Shown here: positions 1-11,509 of the stretch, in pieces
How positions within the stretch are numbered: position 1 is the first letter of the stretch
How the letters are laid out: each line of letters opens with the position of its first letter
Source: Octopus bimaculoides
Taxonomy: Eukaryota
Assembly: GCF_001194135.2 (NCBI RefSeq)
Contig: NC_068985.1
Location: forward strand, 34,910,385 to 34,949,036
Reading direction: 5' to 3'
DNA length: 38,652 bases
Notes under the pieces: model-generated
Told to the model about the DNA's origin: nothing
The model's input: only the letters and a program-made list of their open reading frames with translations
Databases searched by the model: none
Translations under genes and position numbers: made by a program

Positions 1-829
1 ATATATATATATATAAATACAAAATGGGACAAGAACGCAAAACATCCAGGCAGTTAGGTGATACAAAAAAGGGACAACAAAACATCCAGATAGACGATAC
101 AAGGAAAACCAGGACGGGTCATTTGGAGTTTTCTTTCCTCAGTTGAGTTCCAGATTATCTTTGCAATTTCGGCTGATTATACTCGAGATTGCTCCAATCT
201 GGCCAGCAACAAGGAAAAACAAAGCTAAGAGCATTAGATTCCTTGGAAGAAAGCAGCGAATGTATATGAAAACAAGGACGGAAAAAATGGAGAATGTTAC
301 ACAAATACAAATAACGTACACATAAGTATACACATGATAAAGGGGTAGGTATGCACATATACATACACATGCACATAGGAGACACACAGTCAACTACCTT
401 AACATACAGTCTGTACACTTATAAATACACATATGTTTGCAGATATATACATTTACACACACAATATAGACATACATATGTACATATTTAAATAGACACA
501 GGTGTGTAAGGAAACACAGACAACTGCCTCTACATGTTACCAGTGAAAAATTGTGCATGTATGTATAAAACATTAATGTATACCAAATGCAGTGATTGTA
601 CATGTACCTAAGTAAATGACAAAATACATCTAATTTATGAGTACAAAACTCTAGACACAACCCCACATATAGAACTTAATCATTATAGTACAAACTGAAG
701 GCATTGCAAGACCAACTCACCAATTACCTTGCATCCCAACACTTTTCATTCAGCTTTTCCCTAACAATATTATATTATATTATTTTATTTTATTTTATTA
801 TTCACTTTTCTCTGGTTTCATATGCCAAG

Positions 830-1620
830 CCGCTATAGATTCTGACGTATTGTTCCATGATTGATCTTATCAAAGGCCTTTGTAAAATTGATATATATCA
901 CATTCAATGTTGAGTGATTCTTTGTTTCTGCACCCAGTTATAATGCTGCAAAATCTGTGTAATGCAGCTTCTTCTTGAGTGGAAGCCATGCTAGGTGTCA
1001 GGGAACAATTCATTATCTTCAAGGAATGTGTTCAGTTTCCTCTTGACAATGCGTTCCATGATTTTGTTGACATGGAAGGTTAGAGAGACAGGCCTATAAT
1101 TTTTAGCATCTGCTCTACTACCTTCCTTATGGCTAAGGTATTTCTTTAACTTTTTGGGAAGTTTTTTTGTTGCAAGGAAACTCAGGAAGAGAATCTGTAG
1201 TGGTCTTGCTAGAACCCCTTTACATTTCTTCAAGAGGATTGCTGGGAATTGATCAAGGCCTGAGGCTGAGTTTGAGCTCACTTCATCAATGGTTGATATT
1301 ACATGTTTCCTCCATTTTGATGCTATCAAAAATTGTCATTTCTCTGTATGAAGCTGTGGTACTGAAGAACTCATCAGGCATAGCTACTTGCAAGTGCTCC
1401 AATGAAGCACATTCAGTATTTCATTGCTGTTCTGGGTGTCTGAAGCCAGTGAGCCATTTTCATTGAATAGTGGCCCTATCTTGTACCTTACTAAAGCAGA
1501 CTCTTTTGCTTATCTAGAGAAAGCTTTAGGGTTTGTCTTAATATTTTTGACTACCCTAGCTTCTTTTTCTGCTCTCTCCCTATCACGGGAGTGTTTGAGT
1601 TCATTTTCGATCTTGAGCTT
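830..1620 (-). mobile_element. Degenerate CR1/L2-like LINE, ORF2 fragment (linker plus N-terminal RT)
   Basis: Minus-strand translation gives VKNIKTNPKAFSR..IGPLFNENGSL, SASGLDQFPAILLKKCK, NYRPVSLTFHVNKIMERIV, HGF and VIYINFTKAFDKINHG. These are standard non-LTR RT motifs, broken by stops and frameshifts. Confidence 0.85.
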
Positions 1621-1759
1621 GAAAAGAGAAGCCGTCATAAGAAAACTTACATTAAAAATAATATGCACACGATTTTTTTTTTCTCAATAGAAGTAAATTC
1701 CAAAGTAAACGTTTCTAGTAGAGAAGTAGAAGAGAACAGAAGCAGCATATTACTTCATT

Positions 1760-2140
1760 AGAAATCTACGGATGCACATACGCACATAATAGAGAAAAAT
1801 GAATCAATTATGGACGACTTGTTCCCAAACACCACCGAGTGGGGAACACTTCTCAAAAATAACTTGCAGTTGTTTCCTTCAAAATTCCTACATGCTCGAA
1901 ATGTACATACATCAAGGTATATTTGTAGAAAATTTCACGAAAAAAATATTCATTTTCCTGAAAGTTAAGAGGAATTTAAGTGGACTCTGTTGGAATTTCC
2001 GAAAATTGCCCCCCACCCCCATTCCAAAACACTTTCACCGAAAATTTTTGTATATTCGGAATCTACATAATAAATACTATATGCATAGAAAATTTCATTA
2101 AAAAATATTCATTTTTCTGAAAGTTATGACCTTCCAAATC
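1760..2140 (+). repeat. Interspersed repeat with internal ~160-bp subrepeat; homologous to 19095-19460 and, inverted, to 37740-38340
   Basis: Shared blocks with 19095-19460 (atggacgacttg/atggacaacttg, gtggggaaca, aagtggactctg, gaatctacat, gaaaatttcattaaaaaatatycatttt). The gaaaatttca..cattttcctgaaagtt block occurs twice, near 1927 and 2088. Confidence 0.7.
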
Positions 2141-2539
2141 TGGTGGGTACAACTCTGTAGTTATGCCAATCATCCTTTATTAATGAAATGCACTAAAATA
2201 TTTAATGAAACTAAGTATTTTGTAAGCAATCTCTCCTGTTTTATTTGCTTTCTTTATGTAATTTGTGACATGCCCCACTATAGCTTCTAACCAAATAATA
2301 TGTGGAATCCTCCTCTCGGCTCCATCCAGATATATAGGAATAGATATGGAGTTCTAAATACTGTTTATTTGTCCTGCAAGTTAAACTTTAAATTGCACTA
2401 TCTAAATATTTGTGGATGTGTAAGTACACACACACACACGGTCTGTGTAAAAGTAATGTAAAAGTGAGTGTAACTTTATATTAATTGACAAAGGTCATTT
2501 AGATTGCACATGTTTGTTGAGTAACTCTTTTCTCCGTTC

Positions 2540-2875
2540 ATCACTGCAGTTAAATAAAGAATTTCAATTAGAAGTAATGTTTATCATTGAGTTCTTAACA
2601 AAGGAAGGGTGCAGACTGTCCAATATGTACAGGAGGTTGCATATTGCTTAAAGAAGGGGAAACCAGGATTTAAAACAAACTTTGCAGTGGAAACCCATCA
2701 TCCACTGCAACAACTGATGTGAATCACCAGTGAGTGAATTAATTCATTTTCTCAGACAGAAGAAACACAATCAGTGAGCTTACTGCATTATAGAAGAGAG
2801 TGGATGACTTAGGGTACAAGTAAGTGTGTGCAAGCTGGGCACATCAGTAGTTGACATCCAATATGAAGATTCCCC
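2540..2875 (+). mobile_element. Highly decayed mariner transposase N-terminal remnant
   Basis: Translates with stops to EVMFIIEFLTKEGCRLSNMYRRL...SGNPSSTATTDVN...DRRNTISEL...LGYK*VCASWAHQ*LTSNMK. This matches the mariner HTH region ending in the LGYRKVCARWVP-type motif. Confidence 0.6.
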
Positions 2876-3929
2876 TGAGAAGGGATGACAAAATACAAAG
2901 ATGATTGGCAATTTGCTGTGTTTGAGGGGACCCATACATTCACAGTAAAATGATATCCCAAAACCATTTGGTTACATTTGTATGTGTGACGCCTTGACCC
3001 CTCTCACTCTTCCCCATCAAGCATTTCTCCCAATTCTCATCTCTTAACAATTATCACACCCCTATCTATGGTACTACTCAGCTGCTGTGATCTCCTAAGA
3101 AAAGAACTAGCACATCCTCCTCTCTTCTGATTACCTTTCTCCCTTTTCTACTTCCTAGCCTGGAACCACTTCTACTTCTGATTATCAGCCCTGCCCACAC
3201 TATTTCCACCTATCATCTCCTTTTGTGCCTTTAGCCACTGTTGTGTCTCCTCAGCTATACTCCATTCTTAATACCTCTTATCTGCTGTCATTCTCAATGC
3301 CCTCTCATATCTACCCTCATGCCTCACTTACTATAACCCCTTATTTACTTCCATATCTCCCTCTTCACTACTCTTACACTTTGCACATCATTCTGCTACA
3401 TTCTGATCTATCCTCCTTCCTGAGCCATTCCTATATCTCCCACCTTACTCTTCTCCATATTAGAGTTTCCCTTCAACTGCACTTCCACCCTTGTTCATCA
3501 CTCACTCCATTCATCTCTACCCCCATCTCTAATCATCTGTTACTCCCTCCTTAAACTCTCATAAATGTTTTCACTCTCTCCTCTCCACCCATGAACCACT
3601 GTCCATATCCTCTCTTATGCTCACTTTCTTGTATCTTGAAAGTTTTCTCTGGTACTTCACCCTAACTTCGGCTACTCCAACCCACCTCTAAAATGGGGTA
3701 GCCATATATTTCCTCTATCGAAAGACACCAGTGTTTGTTCCTCTATCATACTTTAAGCCTTTCAATACCTGACACAAATCAAGCTACACCTCAAATACTC
3801 CCCACTTAGTAGGGAGAGATTTTACTTTTTACTTTTTCCATGTTCTTTTTCTGACTTGCAAGTTAACTAGCTAACTCAATAGTGTCAGTGACATGATAAT
3901 TAAAAAAAAAAAAAAGACAGTATACCCTG

Positions 3930-4080
3930 AAAAGTAGCTGGTGTTGGGAATGACATCCAACTGCAGAAACCATGCAAGAGCTGAATTTGGAGCTCAACAT
4001 GGTTCAGTAGCTTGCTAGATTCAACCAAACCATTCAACTCATGTTTAGCATGGAAAGTGAACATTCAATAATGATGGTGA
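3930..4080 (+). mobile_element. Old 3'-tail fragment of the RTE/RTE-derived SINE family
   Basis: Diverged match to the tail at 7080-7220 (gacatccaactgcagaaacc...tagcatggaaagtgaacattcaataatgatg). Confidence 0.6.
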
Positions 4081-4244
4081 AACAAAAACGTTACACGAAG
4101 AAAAAATTAGCATATTTTCTAGATATAATTTGGAAATATCATCATTGTAGAATCTATTTTTATCTGAGAAATAGTTTGTTTCAGATATCATGCACCACAC
4201 ACACAAGCAATAAATATATTAATTTTTCATTTTCTTTTATGAAG

Positions 4245-4286
4245 ATGTGGAAGATGTTTATGCAACTATTTCATCTGAACCAAGCA
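4245..4286 (+). CDS. Micro-exon A1 (42 nt, phase 1-1) of host gene; xVEDVYATISSEPS
   Basis: Pyrimidine tract ttttcattttcttttatgaag, then 42 nt, then GTAAGT. Open in phase 1. Paralogous to the other cassettes, and flanks are shared with 9729. Confidence 0.75.
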
Positions 4287-4338
4287 GTAAGTATAATAAA
4301 TACAATTAATAAATAGCATTACATTTCATATCATTTTC

Positions 4339-4385
<47 letters not shown>

Positions 4386-5040
4386 TTAGCTGAAATACCT
4401 AGCATTGCCTGACTCAGAAAATTAACAGAAACATTGCAAAGCTCTTTATCTAACTTTTTAGTAAATATTTTCAAAGAAAAAAAAAAAAAAAACACTCAAG
4501 GAAATTTCAGACAAAGAACACTTTGTAGACCTTTTCATTTTTCTTCTTTTAAGGCTATAATTTGATTTCTATATTCCAAACATATGCAAGTTCAATTCTG
4601 TAAAAATTTGTACACAAATTCAAATCTTTTGAATCCCTTTTCTATTTCAGTTTAAACTAACCCTTACCCTAACTCAAAATTGTAATCCTAAATGTAATCC
4701 TAACTCGAAACCCTAATGTTAAATTCTAACCCTCAGCTCTTACTTTAAAACTTAAGATCCTAATCCTAATTTTATCCCTAAAATCTAAACTACAATACTA
4801 ACCCTAATATTAAATCCTAAACCCAATCCCCAAAGCTAGCCCTTAATTTTTGTGTGGAATCATGATCTCCTATATTTGAAACATACTTCTAAAAAAAAAT
4901 TGAGAACATTAAAATAGTTACCGTATATAACTTTAAAATTAAGCAGAACAAAAAGTGATAAGCAATTGCAATTTTGAAAAACATCTTATTCGCAGAATTG
5001 TAATATCTGCTATTTAAAACATAGAAAGTGGAGAAGTACA
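4386..5040 (-). mobile_element. Probable decayed non-autonomous Helitron
   Basis: The left end ttagctgaaatacctagcattgcctgac is a degenerate form of the Helitron 3' end seen intact at 25519 (ctagcagaaatacccggcgttgcccggg). Internal (aaccct/aatcct)-like repeats. Right boundary uncertain. Confidence 0.4.
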
Positions 5041-5047
5041 CACATGC

Positions 5048-5088
<41 letters not shown>

Positions 5089-5339
5089 CACACACACACA
5101 CACACACATATGACATAGCTACCATCCAATGACTATCATCCTGTAACACATATAGCCTAAAAGCTGCTTCTCTATTCAAAGCACAAACATAACCATCAAC
5201 AGTTTGAAGGTAGATAAAAAATGTAGGACCACAAATTTCATGGAGAAAATAAACGTAAATAAAAACATTCCTGTTGAGTTGGATACACAGTATAAACTCT
5301 TCCCAGAACATTGTTAAATTTGATATCAGGATAACCATC

Positions 5340-7220
5340 AACCTCAGTTCCCCGATCCCTTATCTGGTGGTCAATGAGGAAACTAGGGATAGATGAATGG
5401 TTAGTGAGAGCTGTGTGAGTCAAGTACAGGGACGCTGTCAGTAAGGTGAGGGTTGGTACCGAGTACAGTGAAGAATTCTGGGTAGAGGTAGGGGTCCACC
5501 AAGGTTCAGTCCTCAGCCCCCTCCTATTTATCATAGTCCTCCAGGCAATAACAGAGGAATTCAAGACAGGATTCTCCTGGGAGCTCCTCTATGCTGATGA
5601 TCTTGCTTTAATTGCTGAGTAACTATCAGAACTAGAGGAGAAGTTTCAGGTGTGGAAGCAAGGATTAGAATCAAAGGGCTTTAGAGTCAACCTAGCTAAA
5701 ACCAAAATCCAAATAGGTAGGAAGGTAGACAAACCAAAAACCCCTTCAGGTAGATGGCCCTGCTCGATCTGTAGAAAAGGCATTGGTAGAAACTCTATAA
5801 GATGTACCCAGTGTAAGCTACGGACACATAAGAGGTGCAACAATATCAAAGGACAGTTAACTAGGAAGATAGTTTTTGTATGTGGCAGATGCTCAGGAGC
5901 AATAAACACTGAAAATGTGCAGAGAACAACTTCTGCCACATTCCAGGGAGAAAAACTAGAAGTAGTTGATACCTAGGTGACCAAGTCAGTAGTAGGGGAG
6001 GGTGCACTGAAAGTGTATCTGCTAGAATAAGAATAGCCTGGGCAAAATTCAGAGAGCTCTTACCTCTGCTGGTGACAAAGGGCCTCTCGCTCAGAGTAAA
6101 AGGCAGACTGTATGACTCATGTGTACGAACAGCCATGCTACATGGCAGTGAAATATAGGCCGTGACTGCTGAGGACATGCATAAGCTTGCAAGGAATGAA
6201 GCCAGTATGCTCCGATGGATGTGTAATGTCAGAGTTCATACTCGACAGAGTGTAAGTACCTTGAGAGAAAAGTTGGACCTAAGAAGCATCAGTTGTGGTG
6301 TGCAAGAGAGACGATTGCACTGGTATGGTCACATGGCGAGAATGGATGAGAATAGCTATGTGAAAAAGTGCCACACCCTAGTAGTTGAGGGAACCTGTGG
6401 AAGAGGTAGACCCAGGAAGACCTGGGATGAGGTGGTGAAGCATGATCTTCAAACATTAGGCCTCACCGAGGCAATGACTAGTGACTGAGACCTTTGGAAA
6501 TATGCTGTGCGTGAAAAGACCCAGCAAGACAAGTGAGACCATAACCTGTGGCTTTTAACATGGGTGTAGCCAGCCCACTTATGCGTACCTTTCCTTCTTT
6601 GGACACATAACTCAGCTTCAAAGACCTGTTGATGCAAGTGAAATCGAAATCGAACCAAATTCAACAACTGGCACCCATGCCAACCTTCCTTCATTGGACA
6701 CTAAACTCTGCTTGCAAAGACCTGTTGGGGGAAGTGAAATCAAAATTGAACCAAATTCGATGACTGGCACCCTTGCCAGTGGAGCACTAACAGCACCATC
6801 CGAGTGGGATCAATGCCAGAGCAGCTGTCTGGCTTCTGTGCCGGTGGAACGTAATAAAGCACCATTTGAATGTGATCATTACCAGCATTGCCTTACTGGC
6901 ACTTGTGCTGGTGGCAAGTGAACACAACATTCAAGCGAGGTCGTTGCCAGTGCTGCTGGACTGACTTCTGTGCAGGTGGCACGTAAAAAACATCATCTGA
7001 GCATGGCCATTGCCAGTACCGCCAGACTGGCCCTCTCGCCGGTGGCACGTAAAAGCACCCACTACACTCTCGGAGTGGTTGGCATTAGGAAGGGCATCCA
7101 GCTGTAGAAACTCTGTCAGATCAGATTGGAGCCTGGTGCAGCCATCTGGTTCACTAGTCCTGGGTCAAATCGTCCAACCCATGCTAGCATGGAAAGCGGA
7201 GGACGTTAAACGATGATGAT
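5340..7220 (+). mobile_element. 5'-truncated RTE-clade LINE: RT C-terminal half, 3' UTR and (GAT)n tail
   Basis: VGVHQGSVLSPLLFIIVL, WELLYADDLALIAE, VNLAKTK, a Cys-rich insert (CSICRKG..CTQCK), EASMLRWMCNV and RGRPRKTWDEVV. Tail ...ccatgctagcatggaaagc..gttaaacgatgatgat. Several stops and frameshifts. Confidence 0.9.
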
Positions 7221-7367
7221 AGAAAATGAAAAGTAAGAAATATAAAAATCAATATAAAAAATAATAAAAGAATACGCAATATAAATACATGTGTGAAAAA
7301 GAAGAAAAAAGAAAAAGATGGAGAAAAAAAGGGAAGCAAGAGGAAAGAAGGAGGAAAGTAAAGAGTA

Positions 7368-7638
7368 GTGTGTGTGTGTGCATGTGTATGCATATAAGTA
7401 CTTATATATGTATACAAGTGTGTGTATATGTATATATGCATGTGTGTGTGTATATGTATGTATATATGTATATGTATGTATATACATGTGTGTATATGTG
7501 TGGTTGTGTGTGTGGATATTTGTCTATAGGCATGTGCACGGATGTATGTGTATGGTTATATGTATAGGTATATATGTATATGTATATGTATATGTATATA
7601 TATGTGTGTGTGTATATGTATGTATACATGCGTGTGGA

Positions 7639-7674
<36 letters not shown>

Positions 7675-7675
7675 A
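7368..7675. repeat. Compound (TG)n/(TA)n/(TATG)n microsatellite
   Basis: Directly visible. It generates the spurious Y/V/C/H/T-rich ORFs. Confidence 0.95.
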
Positions 7676-8099
7676 TTGAGTGTAGGCACACTGTACCAGC
7701 TGTGAGTGATGAATAAAATGACAGCAAATCAAAAGATTCACAAAGGTCATCTTTTTACAAGAACTCAACATTTTTTGACCACTCCTAACATATTCCATTT
7801 CTTTATTCCTGTTAAATTAATCTCTTCTTGGTACCATTTTCAACTACTTTTTGTCTTCTTCCTCTTACCCTTTACCTTCCTCCTTCCTTCCTCTTGCTTT
7901 TCTTCTTGTTCTTTCTTTCCCCTTTTTTCCCCCTTTTTCTTTTTTTCTGTTTTTCTTTTTTATTCTTTTTTCTTTTTCCACACATGCTCTTGTACTTACA
8001 TTCAGCTCAGTAAACTTTCTTGATGTTAACTTTAACTTACTCACAGGTATCCAATCACCACATCATAAACCCAATTCTAAATTGACATATATAAATATA

Positions 8100-8880
8100 G
8101 AAAGTAATCATCCAAAAACAATCACAAATTGCTTAGTTAAGAATATTTAACATAGAATTAACTGTCATCCAGTCAAGAGATTTCCAATATAAATAAGGAC
8201 CATTATAACATAGCATAGCATTAACAGGATATAAACAAAAGATTAAATTTGACCCACAAAAAGATAATCTACAGACTAACAAGCAGATAAATGAAAATTT
8301 GATAGTAATCATCTTTTAATAATGTAAAACTTGATACATATTACACAAATAGAAATAACCCCACCTCCAAATACCAACTCAAATTATATCCAAACAAACA
8401 TAAATGCCAAACATATTATATCTAGACAACACATGAACAATAATACAAACACAAATAACACATCTAATAACTATTTAAGTGATTTCTGAAATTGTAGGGT
8501 TAAAGAAAATTGTAAATTTAAGAATTATTGTAAACGTAAAAACCTAGTATACCAAGCAACTGTTGAAGTCGAAGGCAAATATTTCTATTATGCTGGAGTA
8601 ACCTCGTGTAATGTGAAATCTAGACTTGCAAACCATCAGACCTCCTTTAGAAATTCCAATAAATGAAATAGCACTGACCTTAAGTAAACTAAACTAAAAG
8701 ATAGCAATATAACTTATAAAATTAAATGGAAAATTCTAAGCAATGCTTGTGTGTATGAACCAAAACCTGTCACTTTGCCTAGATAAGACATACAATATTT
8801 TATTTTCGAAGCATAAACTTTTAAATGATAGATCAGAGAAAATTTTCCAATGCTTACATGCACACAAATATATTTTTTCT
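8100..8880 (+). mobile_element. Penelope-like element remnant (GIY-YIG endonuclease region)
   Basis: CRVKENCKFKNYCKRKNLVYQATVEVEGKYFYYAGVTSCNVKSRLANHQTSFRNS...IKWKILS. This is a Cys-cluster plus GIY-YIG-like pattern homologous to 27200-27436 and 28660-29030. Confidence 0.7.
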
Positions 8881-8951
8881 AAATATAAATAATTCCCCAC
8901 TTCTTTTCTGGCAAATAATAATAATATATAATACATCTGATATAAATATTC

Positions 8952-9095
8952 GGCACTGTCATGGTATTAGCTATCAGAAGTGAAAGTAGAAAAAGGTGGA
9001 AAGTATGTATAATTAGAGTTGTTAGGTCTATATAGAATATATTAGAATATTTGGCACTATCATGGTATTAGCTGTCAGAAGTGAAATAGAAAAAT
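8952..9095. repeat. Local direct duplication, ~40 bp unit, period 101
   Basis: ggcact(g/a)tcatggtattagct(a/g)tcagaagtgaaa at 8952 and 9053. Confidence 0.8.
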
Positions 9096-9109
9096 CTAAA
9101 CAAGGAATG

Positions 9110-9220
9110 TTAGACAGTTTGATTGGAACTGGTAAGCCGGAGAGCTGTACCAGGTTCCAATCTGATTCGACTTGGTTTCTACAGCTGGGTGCCCTTCTTT
9201 ATGCCAACCACTCTAAGATA
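9110..9220 (-). mobile_element. Antisense RTE-tail fragment
   Basis: accaggttccaatctgat...tttctacagctgggtgcccttc..gccaaccactc is a diverged reverse complement of ~7070-7190. Confidence 0.65.
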
Positions 9221-9318
9221 ATTAAATTTACTATGTGCTCCTATATATATCAATTGTTTTTGTTTTTTCAGCATATGTTATAGTCTGAGATTTTATTATA
9301 TCATATCATAAATAGTGA

Positions 9319-9620
9319 AGGTGTGTCATATAGTGGTTAGGGTATATGGCTCATAATCATAAAATTTTAAGTTCAATTCCCAGTGGTACCTTGTATTCTT
9401 GAGCAAGATACTTTATTCCATGTCATTCCAGTTCACTCAGCTGGCAAAAATGAGTTGTACCTGTATTTCAAAGGGCCAGGCTTGTCACATTCTGTGTCAC
9501 ACTGAATCACCTTGAGACCTATGTTAGGGGTACATGTGTCTGTGGAGTGCTTGTACTTTAGTTTCATGAGCAGGCTATTCCAGTGATCAGATCAACTAGA
9601 AACCTTGTCATCTTAAGTTA
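9319..9620 (+). mobile_element. tRNA-derived SINE
   Basis: A-box-like tcatatagtggttag, B-box gttcaattccc, then a CORE-like cttgagcaagatacttt segment. Confidence 0.6.
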
Positions 9621-9728
9621 TGGAGTAATAGTTTACATCACAAATGTTTTTCAATATGTCTTAGAAATGATTCATACCATGCACCACACATACAAGTAAT
9701 AAATAACTTTTTATTTTCTTTTTTAAAG

Positions 9729-9770
9729 ATGTGGAAGGTAATTATGAAATTGTTTCGATCAAGTCAAACA
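9729..9770 (+). CDS. Micro-exon A2 (42 nt, phase 1-1); xVEGNYEIVSIKSN
   Basis: tttttattttcttttttaaag, 42 nt, GTAAAT. Open. Upstream (catgcaccacaca..caag.aataaat) and downstream flanks align with A1. Confidence 0.7.
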
Positions 9771-10119
9771 GTAAATAGAATTAATATCATTAGTAAATAA
9801 TGTTCTATTTCATATTACTTTCAGAATTATATATATAGTTAATATATATATATTATATAATATATAGAGTACACACACATCCCTACTCTCACATGCATGC
9901 GTGCATGCATGCACTCACACATGCATGCACGCATGTACACACACATGCACACATATCAAAACAGAAGGATGAAAAAGTTTGGTATACTTTTAATTCCATG
10001 TTATACATGTTTCTTTACACAATTCTCCAACATTAGTATGCTGATGGTTCTGTCAGTTTGTTACCTTCATGATGATAATAATAATGCTAATAAAAAGAAG
10101 ATGAATAATAATATGCATG

Positions 10120-10515
10120 CATAAATAACAAAGAACTAGAAAAGATGGAAAAGTACAGACTACTGAAAGATGAAATTGTAAGAATGTGGACTATGAAGAG
10201 AGTGTCTGTAATTCCAGTAGTTGTAGGGGCACTCGGAGCACTAACAACCAAGTTCGAGAAATATGTCAGAGAAATCTAAATTGATATGAGAGCAGAGCAA
10301 GCCCCAAAAACTGCACTGCTGGGTACAAGTAACATTTTGAGATTGGTACTTAGATGTTGAATGTCTCCCAAGATAGTTAACAACCAACTAACAAAAGTTC
10401 TAATGTGCAGAAAGAGACCCTGTGCGACCTCTGACAGCTGGCTGCTGTCTGTTCTTACAGAATTTACTGGAGCAAAGAAGATCGAGCACTCTGAGAAGTA
10501 AAACAATAATAATAA
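10120..10515 (+). mobile_element. R4/Dong-like (RLE-type) non-LTR retrotransposon, 3' end
   Basis: KELEKMEKYRLLKDEIVRMWTMKRVSVIPVVVGALG...KTALLGTSNILRLVL*. Ends at an (AAT)n tract. Confidence 0.75.
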
Positions 10516-11435
10516 TATATTGAAAGCAGAGGTAAAAAGAAAAACAAAGGAAGAAGTACAAAAAGGATATGTAGAAGAATTACACAAGAAGGGACTACAC
10601 AATCAATTCCATATAGCCACAACAGAAGTTACTACAATAAATAGGTGGAATTTGCTGATGAAAAGACCCCCCCCCAAAAAAAAAAGAGACCGAGAGCACT
10701 ATACTGGCAGTGCAAGACCAAGCTTTGACCACGAACTGGAGGTGGGGTCAACCTTAGGAATGAGCAAGTGTCTCCACTGCACTGCATCTGCAATAGAGTG
10801 TATAAAACCATTGCCCATATTACAAACGAATGCCCTTGACTTGCCCAAAACCACTACAAGGTACAGCGAGACAATCAGGTAGCAAAAGTACTACATTAAG
10901 AACCGTGTGAAAAGTGGGGGTTAGAGAGAGGAAAGATGTGGCATGAGCACAAACTACAAAGAGTGGCGGAGTAGGAGACTAGCAAAATCCTCTGGGATTT
11001 CCCAATCCAAACAGATCAGGTGCTAGAACATAACAGACTGGACATAGTGGTGATGGACAAGGTGCACCACATATGCTATATAGTTGATGTTGCATGCCCA
11101 TTTGACCCACAAATAATCAAAAAGAAAGGCCCAAAGATAGGTATCTACAACCCTCTTAGGTACGAAATAGCCCAGCAATGGAAAATGAAGAAGGTGAAGA
11201 TAGTTCCAATTATTGTTGGGTCTTTGGGAACAGTATACGAAGGCATCAAGGGGAATATAAAGGAAATTGGAGCTGAGTGCCCAGTAGAACTGTTACAAAA
11301 GGTTTGCCTCCTTGGTATGACCAGAATACCCAGGAAAGTATTACATAGCTGAAAAGTACGTATAGCATGGTACTGTAGGCTGTAGGTAGCAAGCCTGTTA
11401 CACTTGTAAGAATCCAGGAGCTCCAACAAAACCTA
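10516..11435 (+). mobile_element. Second R4/Dong-like element: post-RT region, zinc-knuckle remnant and restriction-like endonuclease
   Basis: ETESTILAVQDQALTTN, KILWDFPIQTDQVLEHNRLDIVVMDK..CYIVDVACPFD (PD-(D/E)xK-type RLE) and VPIIVGSLG..LQKVCLLGMTRI. Confidence 0.85.
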
Positions 11436-11444
11436 TAATAAAGA

Positions 11445-11505
11445 GAAATATTATTATTATTGTTGTTGTTGTTGTTGTTGTTGCTGTTGCTGCTGCTGCT
11501 GCTGC
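11445..11505. repeat. Graded trinucleotide microsatellite (ATT)n to (GTT)n to (GCT)n
   Basis: Directly visible. Confidence 0.9.
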
Positions 11506-11509
11506 CATT

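Noticed and set aside
139-666. Y/I/C/V-rich ORFs at the window start (and similar ones at 7184-8150, 15695-15967, 36811-37165)
   Set aside because: They are translations of (TA)n/(TG)n/(CA)n and low-complexity tracts, with no domain signal.
2381-2419. 39-nt segment between AAG and GTAAGT
   Set aside because: It has an in-frame TAA in phase 1 and no homology to the cassettes.
2758-2819. ttttctcAG...GTAAGT apparent exon
   Set aside because: The length is not a multiple of 3 and the segment lies inside the mariner remnant.
2990-3720. Pyrimidine-rich 700-bp tract and 109-aa ORF at 3225
   Set aside because: Compositionally biased with no recognisable motif in any frame I read. Probably an old repeat.
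4660-4840. Telomere-like (aaccct) repeats
   Set aside because: Irregular and internal to a probable Helitron remnant, not a telomeric array.
9319-9385. tRNA gene
   Set aside because: It has A/B-box-like sequence but no full cloverleaf and continues into a SINE body.
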